Shown: piece after piece, positions 12,392 through 26,100 of the stretch
Numbering within the stretch: position 1 is the stretch's first letter
Layout of the letters: each line of letters opens with the position of its first letter
Origin: Hydrurus foetidus
Lineage: Eukaryota
DNA: 59,910 bases
Direction of reading: 5' to 3'
Assembly (NCBI GenBank): GCA_900617105.1
Contig: UYFQ01000561.1
Location: 62,001-121,910 of the forward strand
Notes under the pieces: generated by a model
Database searches by the model: none
What the model was told of the DNA's origin: nothing
What the model saw: only the letters and a program-made list of their open reading frames with translations
Position numbers and translations under genes: made by a program

Positions 12392-15240
12392 GAAGTTGTA
12401 GGGGTTGTTAAGTGTGTTTAATGATTATTGAGTGATGAATATCCGCACAGATCGTTGTCGAGTATTGAATTTCATGTACATGTTTAATAGTGACTTCGAT
12501 ATTGTATAATAAATAAATCGCATCGCTGTAATACAGACATACTGAAGTTAAGAGAATTGTAGAATTTAGAACGAAACGGCGCTTTTTAGGATCTTCTCAA
12601 AGCACATTTGACGAATCTAGAGTGAGAACCGTTGTTCTCAGTGGTCATTTTAATGGACAAAAAATGTTATTGCTGTTTACTTGTGTATTCGATAATAGAT
12701 ATGGGTTCGTAATGCCGAATAAAATGATCAATAAAAGTGACTTTATTTTTCTTCACTGTAAGCGGAAAAAATGAAATAGAATCGGAAGAGAAAAAAGAAA
12801 AAGAAAAAGAAAACGAAGATGCGAAAAGAGAGAGAGTAAAAACTGTAAATCTATTTCGGTGAGTAATTAAATCTAAAAAAAGAAGAGATAAAGTAATTAC
12901 AGCACCGCACACACACACGGACACACACGTGCGTACGTACGTACCATGAATTTCTCCGTAGGTGGTCCGCACGCGCTTTGTCTCTGGTCTCTCGCCACTT
13001 CAAGCGCCTTGATTCCGTCTCTGTGCTGAGCACACACAGCCATCACCTATGATACAAAATAGAATAAAATGGAATACAGAAGAATAAAATAGGGCAGAAT
13101 AATATTGAATAGAATAGACAAGTATGGAATGAAGAGTAATAAAATAAAATGCGATAGTGTAATATTTAATTTTTTACACACAGTGTATCAATACAATACG
13201 TAAACAGAACACATCAACATATCATACTGATACAAGTTTTAACACAGCAATTGCAACAGAACAAACTGACGCAACATACATAGATTATATTTGTAAGTTG
13301 TGTTAGTAGAATGGGCTGTTAAAAAATAATGCATTGAAAGATATGCTATAAAACATTCAATCGAAACTTTTTTATGTGACATGTGCGAAATGCTCTTAAT
13401 GACTTTACGCTAATAAGAAGGTTGGGCATTCAAATGAAGAAAATGCAAAAGTAAGAAATTAGTGCTATTGAAGTATATACTACACGTTAATAAATAAAAT
13501 ATATACAACTAACTTATCAACTAATTTATTTTTCACGACATATTTGGTAAGGTGTAATTAGATTTCGCTTACCATGCAAAACACATCAACCGGAACGCAA
13601 TTTACTTTTTTCAAATGTCCGTATATTTTGTACGCGATGACGATTGCCGCGTCAGTTGCCTAAAAATTAAGAAAAAAATGAAGTGAAAAGATTTCAAATG
13701 TACGCTATTGACAGACTGTAGTAGAGACACAGTAACATACACTTGTCGTGATGTTTTTGTGGGCCAATACATTAATAGAGAGGAAGGAAAGAAGGTTCGG
13801 TTTTGATCGCTGTCGGAGTAAAGGAAAATGATTTCATGAGTGATTCAACTAACAGTAACATTTGATAATTAAACGAACTTTAAATCTACATGACGCATTG
13901 CTGATTCGATTTACATTAGAGAGACTTTTACCGCTCGTAGATTGCAACGAGCATGTATTACCAAAACAGAAGAAATGTCCGAGATACAAGAAAAACAGGT
14001 CTGAACACATTTAAAATAATCGTTTCACATTTCAACCTCAGATTCGTGTTTACTATCGGACTATTTTTCTGTCTCGACAACACGGAAATCACACCAACTA
14101 ATTCAACAAACAGCTTTCATCTAACAAAAGAAAAAGATACCGTACTTACGTTTCTTTTTGTGCATACGTTCAAAATGCTCACTAGATCTCGAATGTCCAA
14201 TTCGATGCGTGCATCTCTGCAAAGAATTAAAAATAAAAAACAAAAAAAAGAAACCGTCACAATGTGCTGAAGGCGACACGATAGGTGTTCAGAATATAGC
14301 TTGCTACAGTTTTTAAATCTTTCAGCAGACTACTCTGAGGTGAGATAATCCAGCCCCAACCCAGCCGTCTTGGAGACCCACCCTTTTCATCTAACCTCTA
14401 ACCCTAAGCCTATTGTAACCTGAATATAGTCCTATTATGGTCCTAATGCAAGCCTTAAAAGTATAAATTGTGGATGAATCGGCTGGATCGCGGGGCTGGA
14501 TAACTTGTCTGACTTTTCTGGTCTTATCCAATACACTGTTTGACAGTGATAATCTAATGCATTGTATTACTGGTCTAGGCATGTAGGAACAGTTGATCCA
14601 TCTATGTCAAAATTGTCTTAGCTGACAGTCGTCACATTGGTCATACTCAAAACTGGCATAGATAATCTCAATTAGGTGCTCGTAAATATTCATGTTCTTC
14701 AGGAATGAGAATGAGAATGATGTATTCCATAGGATTTGCACTCTAACTGTGTGGCATTTTACCACTGCAATATGAAGAACTAGGATATAAATTATGGCAG
14801 CGCGCCTTGTTCTCGATCGTGATTCTCAGCAGCTCAAAAACAAGTCAGTAATTTCTCGCATAGGAGATGTTCAGCTCTTGATAAACTTTCTGATTGCTTA
14901 AGTTAAGATACCTGGCCGCATTAAAAGCGTCGAAAACGACTCTGTTCAAGTGAACTGCAATACCACGCTTAATTTCTGACTGGATTATCAGCTTTTGTTC
15001 AGCAGTTCCTTTTAGGTTGAGATTTTTAGGTTCATTCAACTCCGCTGGAATTGAAGGTTTCCAAGCTCCAGCTGGACGGGTGTCTGAACTCCTTTCTTCT
15101 GCACATCCATGGAATTTAAGCATGTCTGCCAAGTTGCTAAATTTCTGAGTGTTGGACTGAGTAGACGCCGCAAGTTCTACTTGCGAACGCGATGATGAAG
15201 AACATCTTCTTAGTATAGAACCACCGCCTCTCTTCATCAT
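2948..15240 (-). CDS. Pentatricopeptide-repeat (PPR) protein, about 21 exons, probably mitochondrial
   Basis: Exons join with consistent phases through GT-AG introns (approx. 15240-14912, 14217-14150, 13659-13573, 13046-12946, 12330-12239, 10936-10887, 10649-10621, 10117-9994, 9493-9413, 9208-9161, 8677-8611, 7991-7901, 7286-7186, 6867-6800, 6314-6245, 5904-5838, 5208-5127, 4718-4641, 4191-4091, 3628-3523, 3023-2948). The product has PPR motifs such as LALNAVIMAAGRMGQLDRAFATFQEYTGLFGLKAD / TEAHNALLYATARAKQPSATSALTVLQTMEGAGCQPD / ISYGLLLEVMV. The N-terminus MMKRGGGSILRRCSSSSRSQ is Arg/Ser-rich, like a mitochondrial presequence. Confidence 0.85.
3968..4047 (+). repeat. (CT)n microsatellite
   Basis: Perfect dinucleotide array near a PPR donor site; a (GA)n array lies at 44391-44449. 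Confidence 0.97.
14343..14505. mobile_element. Small inverted-repeat element in PPR intron 1
   Basis: Arms ataatccagccccaacccagccg and cggctggatcgcggggctggataac; the interior has ctaacctctaaccctaagccta. Confidence 0.55.
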
Positions 15241-16448
15241 GATGTCGATTCAAAATTAATTCTTACTTTTCCGAGCGGGCAGCCATTCTAACAAGACCCT
15301 GCAGTAATCTGCAACACCGTCTCGGAATAAAAGCTGTGGTGACCTGTAGGATCAAGCGTAATCGGGAGCACCAATGGGATCAATCAATCTTTGTGCAGAA
15401 TGGACAGAAGTCAGAAGTACAGGCTGGATATAAGACACTAGAAAAACATTGATTTTTCGTTCCCGATCAAATTTTCTTCAATAACCTGTATGGCTTCCAG
15501 ATAATATACTGTATAGTACAATTTACCATTTTCAGAGGACCATAAAAATACGGATTTTAAAATGGAGAGAGTGCTTTTCCCTGTCACAAGCTGCATCTGA
15601 AGGGACGTGTTTTATCGCTGATCCTCTTTGATGCTAGACCCGCAGCTATCAATGACAATACACACACACTAACTGCAATAAAATACGTGCCTTAATCTTT
15701 GGTTCTACGAAAAATGGAAAACAACGGATAATCTGCTAAAATGTCGTGTACAGATCTGCACCTGAGTCTGTTCGTAACCCTGGACGGAATTAAAGGGCCC
15801 GAAATGCACAAAGTCTGTCCGAATATAATGGGGACATAAAATACGCACCGAACTAAGGATACTCATCTGATTAATATAATTGTAATCTTAGAGAACAAAA
15901 AGTAAAATAAAATAGTCAGTTTTAGACAGTCAGCCAACACGTAAGAGATAGACGTGCCAGTTATGTAGCAAAATTTACTTCTGTGAAAGCACCTATAAAA
16001 CACCGCATCATCCCATCCCGTCCAGCTGGAGCTGAAACAGAATGAAATTGCTGGCGAACAGTCTACCACGACAAAAGAAGCAATAACGATAATTAAGTTG
16101 AATTATCCATATCTAATATTTATGGCAAGGTTAGGTTTGTCGTAGTGACTTCCTACTGTAAGTTACTTCCCACTGGAGTATAACTTCACTTTACTCGATA
16201 TTGAGGCCCAGTAATGAGTGAAGGAAAGGAACTTGGCGTCAGTGCAAACAACCTAGCTCGGCCATACCAATCCAGCTTATTCAACAGTGATACAAGCTAA
16301 TTAAAAGTGCTATGTAAAGCACGCCAATTATTGCACCAAACTTAGCTACGCTCAGATTACACTTGGTTGAGCATTTTATTTTACTTCTATTTTCCTTATT
16401 TTATTTTTCTTATCCTGTGTTTGTCCATTTGCATTTTGTAATTTATTT

Positions 16449-18728
16449 TCATTCTTTGCGGCGTCCATTATAGTGCTTCATCAACACGACATAAAAGATA
16501 AAACGGTAGAATACAGAGTATCCCAGCAGCACACCGATGCCGCGCCATTTACTGACATCGTTGACGGAGTATGCGATCATGATTTGTTCGTTCGTTCTTG
16601 TAGGGGTCTCAATCTTGGTCAAAAGAATGTTAATAATCATGGATTCATAGGAAAATTTAAACAGTGAGAGATAGTGAAGCCAGGACCACCAATTGGGTAT
16701 TTTGTCCTTAGTGATGAAGTAGCCGGACATAAGGAACATGACGGAAAACAAGCCGGAACCGGCGCTCTGTCCGGCCATGGGGTCTGGTAAAAGTACAGAT
16801 ATTAGAACAGCAAAAGATTGCGCTGCTATATTGGTGCACAAGAGTATGAGGACATAGAAGAAAAACGTCTCCGCTCGATTGGGAAGCATCACCAGCCAGT
16901 AAGATGGTATGATGAATAAAAGACCCAAGATGAGGAGAAATGGTACGTACACGAGTGATACTGCTGTGACGTACGAAATCGCTCTGTATGCTCCCCTTCC
17001 GTACTCTCTCTGAAATATCTCTCTCTCATTGAGGAAAACAGGCAGAGCCTCTAGAGAGGTGTAGAAGAAGAAAGCCACAGTGAACACTAGATATCCCACT
17101 CTCTCCGCAACACCTTCATCAGTCTCCGCAAGATTGTAAAACAAGCTTCCCATTAGAAACCCAAATCCAACAGATGAGCCCAGTCTGGCAAGAAACAGTT
17201 CTTTCGTACGTATGATGTTCTTCACGTTTCTGTGGATGAGTAAGTACGTTTCGTAGAAGTAGTTGTTTGCGAAGGAGTAATCATCAGGCACTGCTGTGCC
17301 GGCGGAGCCTCTGTTGAACTTCTCCATTTCCGTGTTAACCACTGCCAGGTCGAGCTGATCCTTTGCCTTGAGGGTGTCGCACAGCTCAAGGAACACCTGA
17401 CGTACATGGTGGCAGTACATGATAAGAAGAGAATTAGAGAGGCATATACTTGACAAGTATACACTATCTCGTCTCATCTCATCTCATCTCATGATATTTC
17501 AAATCAAGATGCTCTGCTCATCAAGTGCACATATCAACAAAACATCGTAGTGAGCGTGTACAATAGAGTAGAGAAGGCATGGGGTGGGTTGGGTGTTTTC
17601 CTTTGCTTTTACCTCAGGTGCATTAGCCACGGGTGGAGCACCCAGATTAGCTCTGTGGTAGATTTGATTGGCATATTCCTGAAGGCCACCAGATGGTCCT
17701 GTGTAAGTCACCTTACCACCTATCAGTAGAACGTATCAGCGGTTGAGACGGATAAGCTGTGCGGTGTCTGTCTCATAAAGCTGAAATGAAGTTAGTGGCA
17801 GAGAATGAGAAGTAAACTTTCATCACCTGAAAGGAACAAGCACTTGTCGAACATAGCATAGAGCTTCGCAGAGGGCTGGTGTATAGTGACGATGAGTGTG
17901 GCATTCTGATTCACAGCGATTCCCTTCAAAGCTTCGATCACAGTGGCAGCTGTGGTAGAGTCCAGTCCTAAGGAATGAATTCGTGAAATAATTAGAATGA
18001 GCATTAACTGGAGCGACCAACACTGAAGTCACTAAAATGAATAGACGATATAAATTGTCTGTTAAGACATGCAGAGCAGAGTGTTCACCTGATGTTGGTT
18101 CGTCGAGGAAAATAATGCGTGGCTCATGAATGATATCCACAGCAATTGACACTCTTCGCTTCTCGCCTCCTGAGAGACCTCTAGTCAAATTGTCGCCAAT
18201 AATTGTGTCCTGAACATGCCAAAGCCCGAGCATCTCCATGGTTCTGTCAGCTGCAGATTCTCTTTCTGCGTATGTCTTCCCATGTGCACCGAGATGTGCC
18301 GCATAATGGAGCGTCTCTCTGACAGTTAGAAGAGGAAATAGAGAATCACTCTGTTTCACGTAGGCTGCCTGTTTGCGGAAGCTGGAGAAATTGACTGGTT
18401 TATCATTTGCCAATATTTGGCCAGTCAGGTTATTCGAGACTAGCCGACCGGACAAAATATCCAACAATGTGGACTTTCCAGCTCCTGAGGTTCCCATGAT
18501 AGCAAGCATTTCACCAGGATTGACGATGCCAGACATAGGGTAGATAAGGGTTTTCTTCTCGCTGTTCTTTCCCGAGGTGGAGTAGGTAATGTTGGTCCAT
18601 TCCAGAGTGATAGCATCTTGTCTATTTGGGATAAAATCCTGTGCCTTTTCGATATCGACTGATACACCTTTCTGGTCCATGTTGGCCACCTCAACGGTCT
18701 CTAATTCCGCCGTCATTTTTTCAGCCAT
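16449..18728 (-). CDS. ABCG (White/WBC-type) half-size ABC transporter, 4 exons
   Basis: Walker A GTSGAGKS, signature LSGGEKRR, Walker B IFLDEPTSG(LDS), H-loop TIHQPS, then an ABC2 membrane domain (NBD-TMD order). Exons approx. 18728-18089, 17967-17827, 17719-17613, 17396-16449. Confidence 0.95.
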
Positions 18729-18954
18729 TTCGCGCTTTCGCTTCGCTGTTGGTCCAATTTGGATGACTGTGTGGAAGTGACAGTTTCTGCCGAAGACTTC
18801 AATAGAAAACGTTGACTGCAGTCCCGAATCTGAAATGCAAAAACCGTTGGGAATTCCATGGATGAAGATCGAACATCAAATGGCGAGATTTTCATTTTTC
18901 ATTTTCATGAGAGATTTGCCATGAATACTGCTGGCTGCCATCCTTTACTACTGG

Positions 18955-19571
18955 CAACAAAACGTGGTAACCGACCCCGGGAACACCCATAACTTTCTCA
19001 AAAATGCTTCAAATACGTTTTTGAAAAAGTTGGAACAAGCAACTTCACTGCCTTCATTGCTGAATTTTGATATTTTCTTATGATGATATTGAATCGTATA
19101 CTTAAATTTCGCGTTATTTCAACATTTTTAGATGATCGTGAGAATATTTGATATCGATACTCATCGAGATGCAATCATTTATGTGTCGAAATTTCAGTGA
19201 AAATTTCCGTATTTCACGAATATTTTACGTTTTCTTGGCAGAAATCACTGAAATTTCGACACATAAATGATTGTATCTCGATGAGTATCGCGATTCAAAT
19301 CAGACCCTTGCGGCTCATGACTAATCAAAGTATTCTCTACATGATGCACTATCTAAAAAATGTTGGAAATTTCTAGACAGCGAAATTTAAGAAGTGCCAT
19401 TTCCTGTATTTGTCGATTTGAGAATATAGCACATCATTAAGAAAATTTCAAAATTCAGCAGTGAATGAGAGGCAGTGAAGTTGCTTGTTCCAACTTTTTC
19501 AAAAACGTATTTGAAGCATTTTTGAGAAAGTTATGGGTGTTCCCGGGGTCGGCGGCTACCACGTTTTGTTG
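18955..19571. mobile_element. Foldback / MITE-like element (~620 bp, almost wholly palindromic)
   Basis: 18955-19080 (gcaacaaaacgtggtaaccgaccccgggaacacccataactttctcaaaaatgc...) is the near-exact reverse complement of ~19437-19571. Inner arms 19155-19200 and 19244-19290 also pair. Central loop is about 45 nt. Confidence 0.9.
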
Positions 19572-20135
19572 CATACCACGTTTCGTTGCGCACTGGTTTA
19601 GTTATATGAAAATGCTGGAAAAGATCTTTCTCCTCCCGTCGCTGCGTGGTCGAAATTTAAAGGCTAATGGTGTGTGCTAGTCCCCTCCTCTTGCTCTACC
19701 TGCCTTGTTGTGACTCATTTTCATTGCTTTCGATAATGGCGGTTATCGAGATGACATCAAGGAATTGACCATCTTATTTTATAATCTCAGACTAGCATCA
19801 AAATAATCTTGAGCTATTTCGTTAGTTTAGTGTCCATCGAATTCAAATCGTGTATGGACTTTAGTTGAGCTTTCCAAGGAGTGCGAATATTCAAATACTT
19901 TTTCGTCTAGACGTCAGCTATACAAATAATGCATTTACAGCGGGATTTCATAAATACAAGAATTGCATAGCTGTTATATTTGTACCGTGCGATGTAGCTG
20001 ATTTTCTTTGATGAAACTGAGAGGATTGAGTTGCATGTTTTGGAAATATCTTAAAACATTTTCAAACCAAACTCACTCTTTCTGTCCAATCTCCCTCCCT
20101 CCACTTCCCCCTCAAATTTCCATTTTCTCCATTTT

Positions 20136-23100
20136 CTAGAGTGGAATATTTCCGTGCTTGCGCCACGGTCTTTCCACTTTTTTAGATTTGAGGAGTTCCA
20201 GATCTTCGCATATTCTCTGACGGGTATTTGGGGGGTCTAGAATGTCATCAATAAATCCCCTTTGGGCAGCGACAAACGGATTGGCGAATCTGTTCAATGC
20301 GGTTGATATTGTAATTTGATTAAATGATTGACATTTTATTTTCATTTCTATTTCAGATCTGCACTACTGTCAGACTGAATTGAATTGCACAACTTTAGAG
20401 ACAGCGTGATATAGCACCACCCTCACACGCAACACACCGCACTGCAATACACTGCATCACATCATTCTGCACTGCACCGTGTCACTTCATACTGCAATGT
20501 ATCACATCACATCGCACTGTATCACATCACATCACACTGTATCACATCACACTGTATCACATCACACTGTATCACATCGCACTGTATCACATCACACTGT
20601 ATCACATCGCACTGTATCACATCACATCACACTGTATCACACTACACTGTATCACATCACATCGCACTGTATCACATCGCACTGTATCACATTGCACTGT
20701 ATCACATCACACTGTATCACATCACATCACACTGTATCACATCGCACTGTATCACATCACATCACACTGTATCACATCACATCGCACTGTATCACATCAC
20801 ACCAAACTGTATCACACTACACTGTATCACACTACATCACACTGTATCACACTACACCAAACTGTATCACACTACACTGTATCACATCACATCGCACTGT
20901 ATCACACTACACCGCTCTTTACCTCTCTGTGTATTCAAGCGTTTTCTGCTCCACGTCTTTGCCTTTGAAAATAATTTCAACCGCACCTTTCGCGCCCATC
21001 ACGGCGACTTCCGCTCCCGGCCACGCGTAATTATAGTCACCCTTCAAATGCTGTAAAAGCAAGAGAACTTTAGATTTTGTGAAATATTTGTTGTCATGTT
21101 TTTTAATATTAGTTTTGTTGATGCATACATCTATGGGAAGAAGTGTGAAAACTAAACTGTTTATCTGATGTTGTCATGACATTATGTTGTTTATTAAGAA
21201 GGATTCAATGTGCAACAGTGAGGTGTGATGCACTGCACTGCACTGCATTGTACTGCACTGTACTATATGTACTGTACGTACTGCACTGTACTCTACTGCA
21301 CTGTTCTACACTGTACTGCACTGCACTGTGCTGTACTACTGGGCACTGCATCACACGATACGACAATGCACAACATCACACCACACCACACTGCACTGCT
21401 GTGCACTACCTTGCTGGACATGACATCGTAGGCCCCTCCATACGCTTTCCGGGTGATAACCGTGATTTTGGGTGCAGTGGCCTCGGCATATGCGTATAAC
21501 AGTTTTGCGCCATTTCGAATAATACCTCCGTGCTCCTTAAAAAATGACAATAATACGGTAGTAGTAAAAATGATAATAAGATTTAATATTGGTATCAACA
21601 TCATATTTACAGTCGTGTTATGCAAGATATACATTTAAACTAGCACAACAAATCATAAAATGGACTAGATTAAATTAAGATTAAACATAAAAATGATAAT
21701 ATAAACATTACAAAAAAGCTAGTGCGGACGTAATTGTGAAAGAGAAATATGCATCTGAAAACAAGCGCATGAAAAATAATGGCATGTAAGAATCGAGCAA
21801 ATAAAATGTGCGGTCGGAGTCATATCTATACGTCACTTTTCGGCATTTCTGTGAATCGCGTTTGGATAATGTTGAGCGATAAGTATCGATAGTTCTTAGC
21901 GGCAGTGTTGAGTCGAGTATGAGTTAAGGAGGCGAGGGAGCGTTCACTGATGCTATCATGTCGTGTGGTGGTCTCAATCCATCATCAGAATGCATCGCAC
22001 CACACCACATATCACATAATACCCCATCACATTATGTCACATCACATCACAGATAAAACACCAGCCATGAGACGATCGTACTATTTACCTGATCAGTTCC
22101 GGGTAAAAATCCGGGCACATCTACGAAAGTCAAAATCGGAATGTTGAATGAGTCCAGGAATCGGACGAATCTGGCCGCCTTTACTGAAGAGTCGATGTCG
22201 AGACACCCGGCTAAATGACCAGGATTGTTCGCCACAACCTGGGAGGGAAAAAAAGAAAAGAAAATGCAAAAAGGATGAAAGAGAGGTAAAAAAAATGAGT
22301 ACTTACGAAGGAAGACAAGAGAAAATTGGTGGGACGGAAGAAGAAATGAATAAATGAATAAAGAATGAATGAAAAAAGAAAATCAGAAAAGAGGGAATAG
22401 GAAGAGGAAGAAAGGAATAGTAATAAACAGGGCTAAAATAGATAAATCAAAGAAAAGACAGACATTGAGCAGCGATAGGGATCACTCCTAAACAGAGAAC
22501 TATGACACATGATTAGCATGTACTTACGCCAACTGTCTGTCCGTTCATACGTGCGAAGCAGCAAATGATGTTCTTTGCATACAGGGGCATTATCTCGAAA
22601 ACTGAAATTAAAAATTAAAAAATAAATAAAAAATAAAAGTAAATTGAATGAACCAGGTTGTAAGCATAGACAGACATGAGCGATTTGAAATGAAGGTTAG
22701 ATAATTTACTGTAAATAAATAATCAACATTCGTACATGTACATGACAATGAATTCAATATTAAATCTCCTGAGTATTGCACCTGTATTATCGTCAACGAT
22801 TTTCTTGATAACGGAAATCATTTCATAGGGCACATTCGGATCGTCTGGCACTAAGTGTCTGTATTGAAGTTTTGTTGATTTGGTTAATTAATTTTTGGCC
22901 GAATTTAGCCGTATTGTAAATGGACAATCATAAAATGGATTCTATGCCGCGAAGTTATTGAATTAAAAAAGGGGACTGCACAAAGAAACTAGAGTAAATA
23001 TCAGGCTGCATAACATACGTACCTCCACCACACAATCACGCATACGTACTAACATACCTGAGACTTTCATCCGCTCTGTTGGCCGGATCTTCGGTATGTT

Positions 23101-26100
23101 TGACCGGAGGGGCTTCCCGGTTATTTAACGGTAAGTATTCGTAGATCTCTCTCAGCATTTTCAAAGCAACTATGTCGGACTCGAACGCACCGTGAGACAC
23201 GCCTGTGTGGTGTGGGGTAATTTGATATTAAGTGATGCAATGAAATGCGATTAGATAGAATGCGATGAGATATACTGTGATATAGTGTGATATGGTATGG
23301 TAGCCTGGTAGAGTGTGAAATTTATTGCAATGTGATGATGTGAGGTGAAGTATTGTGATGAGGTGCATATTGTGGAGTAGAGTGGAGAGGAGAGGAGTGG
23401 AGTGATTGAGTTGTTGGGGCGCATAGTTTGACCAACATCTATACACTAATGCTACTTATCCCATCATATGAAATCACATCATATGATATCACATCACATG
23501 ATATACATTAACAGACAACGTTAACAATACCATCATCACTACCAACACTGCTGTCACCATCACCATCATCATCTTCACTATCATCCTCCTCATCATATCT
23601 ATCATCACCATCTTGATGATTCTCCTCCCACCACTATCCCTCTCCCTCTCCCTTGCCCTTACCTGACACAGATGAGTGGACAAGTGCTCCGCCTAGCTCT
23701 TCTTGCGTCACCGTTTCTTGAGTCACCGTTTTCACTACACTTGGACCCGTAACGAACATGTACGATGTACGTTTCACCTGTTAAAATAAAAATTAAAATA
23801 ATGATGTGTATTATCGGATGATAAACAAAAAATATGATTCTAATATGACACTGCCACTAAAAAATCGTACATAAATACCAAATATCGATGGAGATTAGTG
23901 ATGTACTAATTAATTGTTATCTTACCATAAATATGAAATCTGTCATGGCGGGTGAGTAGACAGCTCCACCTGCACACGGTCCCATAATCATGGAAATCTA
24001 AAAAGAGAAGAAAAAAGAAATAAAACTAAAAAGAAATAAAAAAGAAGCAAAATGTGAACTATTTGATGATGATGTTTATCTTATCACATATTCCTCATCT
24101 TTATAGAGCAAATGACAGCAGTTGCTAAACTACAAATATTTCATGCTTCATTAATGCAACACCAATATTTCAGAGTTAGTAAATTTCAAACAAAATTCTG
24201 CAACTATCTGGTTATTCTATCAAATTTAAATTAGAAATAAAGTTAACAACACTAATGCATGGACTGGACGCTTCATAATCATCGGGTCATAATCTGGATG
24301 GAAAAAATATGCATTAACCGAATGCCCTCATATTCAATTTTTTCGGAGTTACGAAGATGGCGGGGAAGGAAGCATCCAGTCTATATACGTTTTGATGATC
24401 ACACTTCAGAACACTGCAACACTGTATAATTTAAATATATTATTGTATACATATTGACTATCGACGAAGTCTATATTCGCCAAATGTGCTCCAAGAAAAT
24501 CCCACAAATACTGTTTTGTTTTGACTTCGACATTATATCATACAAGTGTGTACGTACTTGAGGGATGACGCCGCTTGCTTGAACGTTCTTGTAGAAAACG
24601 TCAGCATAACCACCAAGCGAGTCAATGCCCTCTTGAATTCTTGAAACACAAAAAAGAAAGAAAAGAAACATATTGAAAATGTTTGTTTTGAGGTGAATGA
24701 AGGTAGTGTGAAGGAACAAAAGCGACTAAAAGAGGAAATGTAATGCTAAGTTTTCGGTAGTATTTGATATTAAATAATAATAAAACAACGTTGATTAAAC
24801 AATAACAAGGTAAGCTATTAGATGGAGATGTTCTTGGAGTAAAGCAACTTTGCAGTGCCTCTACTGACACAATGAGAATAGACTCAAATCGTCATTTCTC
24901 CTTTATTTCGTCAATATATTCATGAAAGCATTATTCGAATTCACAGGTCGGGATGTTAGCTTAATCTCCACATAAAGATCACAACAGAAGAACGAACGAG
25001 TCACATTCATTAACATGGCTACCATTCTTCCGTATTTAGTATACCTGGCTCCACCCGAATCGTTCAGACCGATTACAGGTGCACCCACTTTCATCGCCAT
25101 ATCCATGACCTATTGGAGAAAAGGGCGAATCGGAAGGGGTGGGAGGGCTCATTTAGTAGTGAGAGAGAGAGGCTAGAGAAAAGGGGCCAAGGAAGGGGTG
25201 AAGGAAAGAGGTGAGAGTAAGGGGAGTGGAGTCGGACTGCAGACTGTCTGTCTCATAGCCAATAAAGTAAGTCGCTGTATAAGTGTTAGTGAGATACAAA
25301 TCAGTGGGGGTGAATTTCATTGGGTTTCAACATATTGTAGAAGATGACAATGTAGTAAACAAAGAATTGAAATGGTATCGATAGGAGAGGGAATCAAATA
25401 AAAACATTCAGCAATTATTTACGAGATATTCATATTGATGCGAAACTCTATCAAGTTCTAACTTATCGATTCAGTTCATTTAATGGCCTTACCTTGCATA
25501 TTTTCTCTGCATGTGTCTCGGACAACGATCCACCAAAAACAGTAAAATCTTGACTGAATAAAAATACCTATGAAATTGAATAATAATTCATTATCGATAA
25601 AACTTGAAAGTGTTGTGTGTAGCGCTGGTAATTTATTTTTCGGAACAGTTATTATTCATGGTCCAGGTCAATGTAAGACTGGAATTTTGAGGATTATCTC
25701 GAAGAATGTTTGACCAATAGAATAGAGAAGAACGAATATTGTTCTCAGCGTTATTTTCGAGTATGAAAGTATGGTATTCCTGTTTAGTAGACACTTCGAC
25801 AATATCACTTGCATCTCATCTCATCTCATCTTATCAAGTTGATAGCATCAGAAATGAGAAGATTGTTCCTCAGAATTCTTACCGTTCTTCCGTGGATCAA
25901 CCCGTGGCCAGTCACTACGCCATCTCCGAAGTACTTCTCATTTTCCATGCCGAATTCATCACACCTGTGGGTCTTCAGCTTGTCATACTCTCTGAAACTG
26001 CCCTCATCTAGAAGTAGATTCACCTATAAATTGAAATAGAAACAGAAATTGAGTTTGATCGATTGAATTGCAGTAATAGATATCTGCTCCGTTCTGAGCG

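Noticed and set aside
20479..21030. His/Cys-rich 183-aa ORF with a repeat-spacer look
   Set aside because: Pentanucleotide satellite antisense to a PCCB intron. There are no unique spacers or cas genes, so it is not CRISPR.
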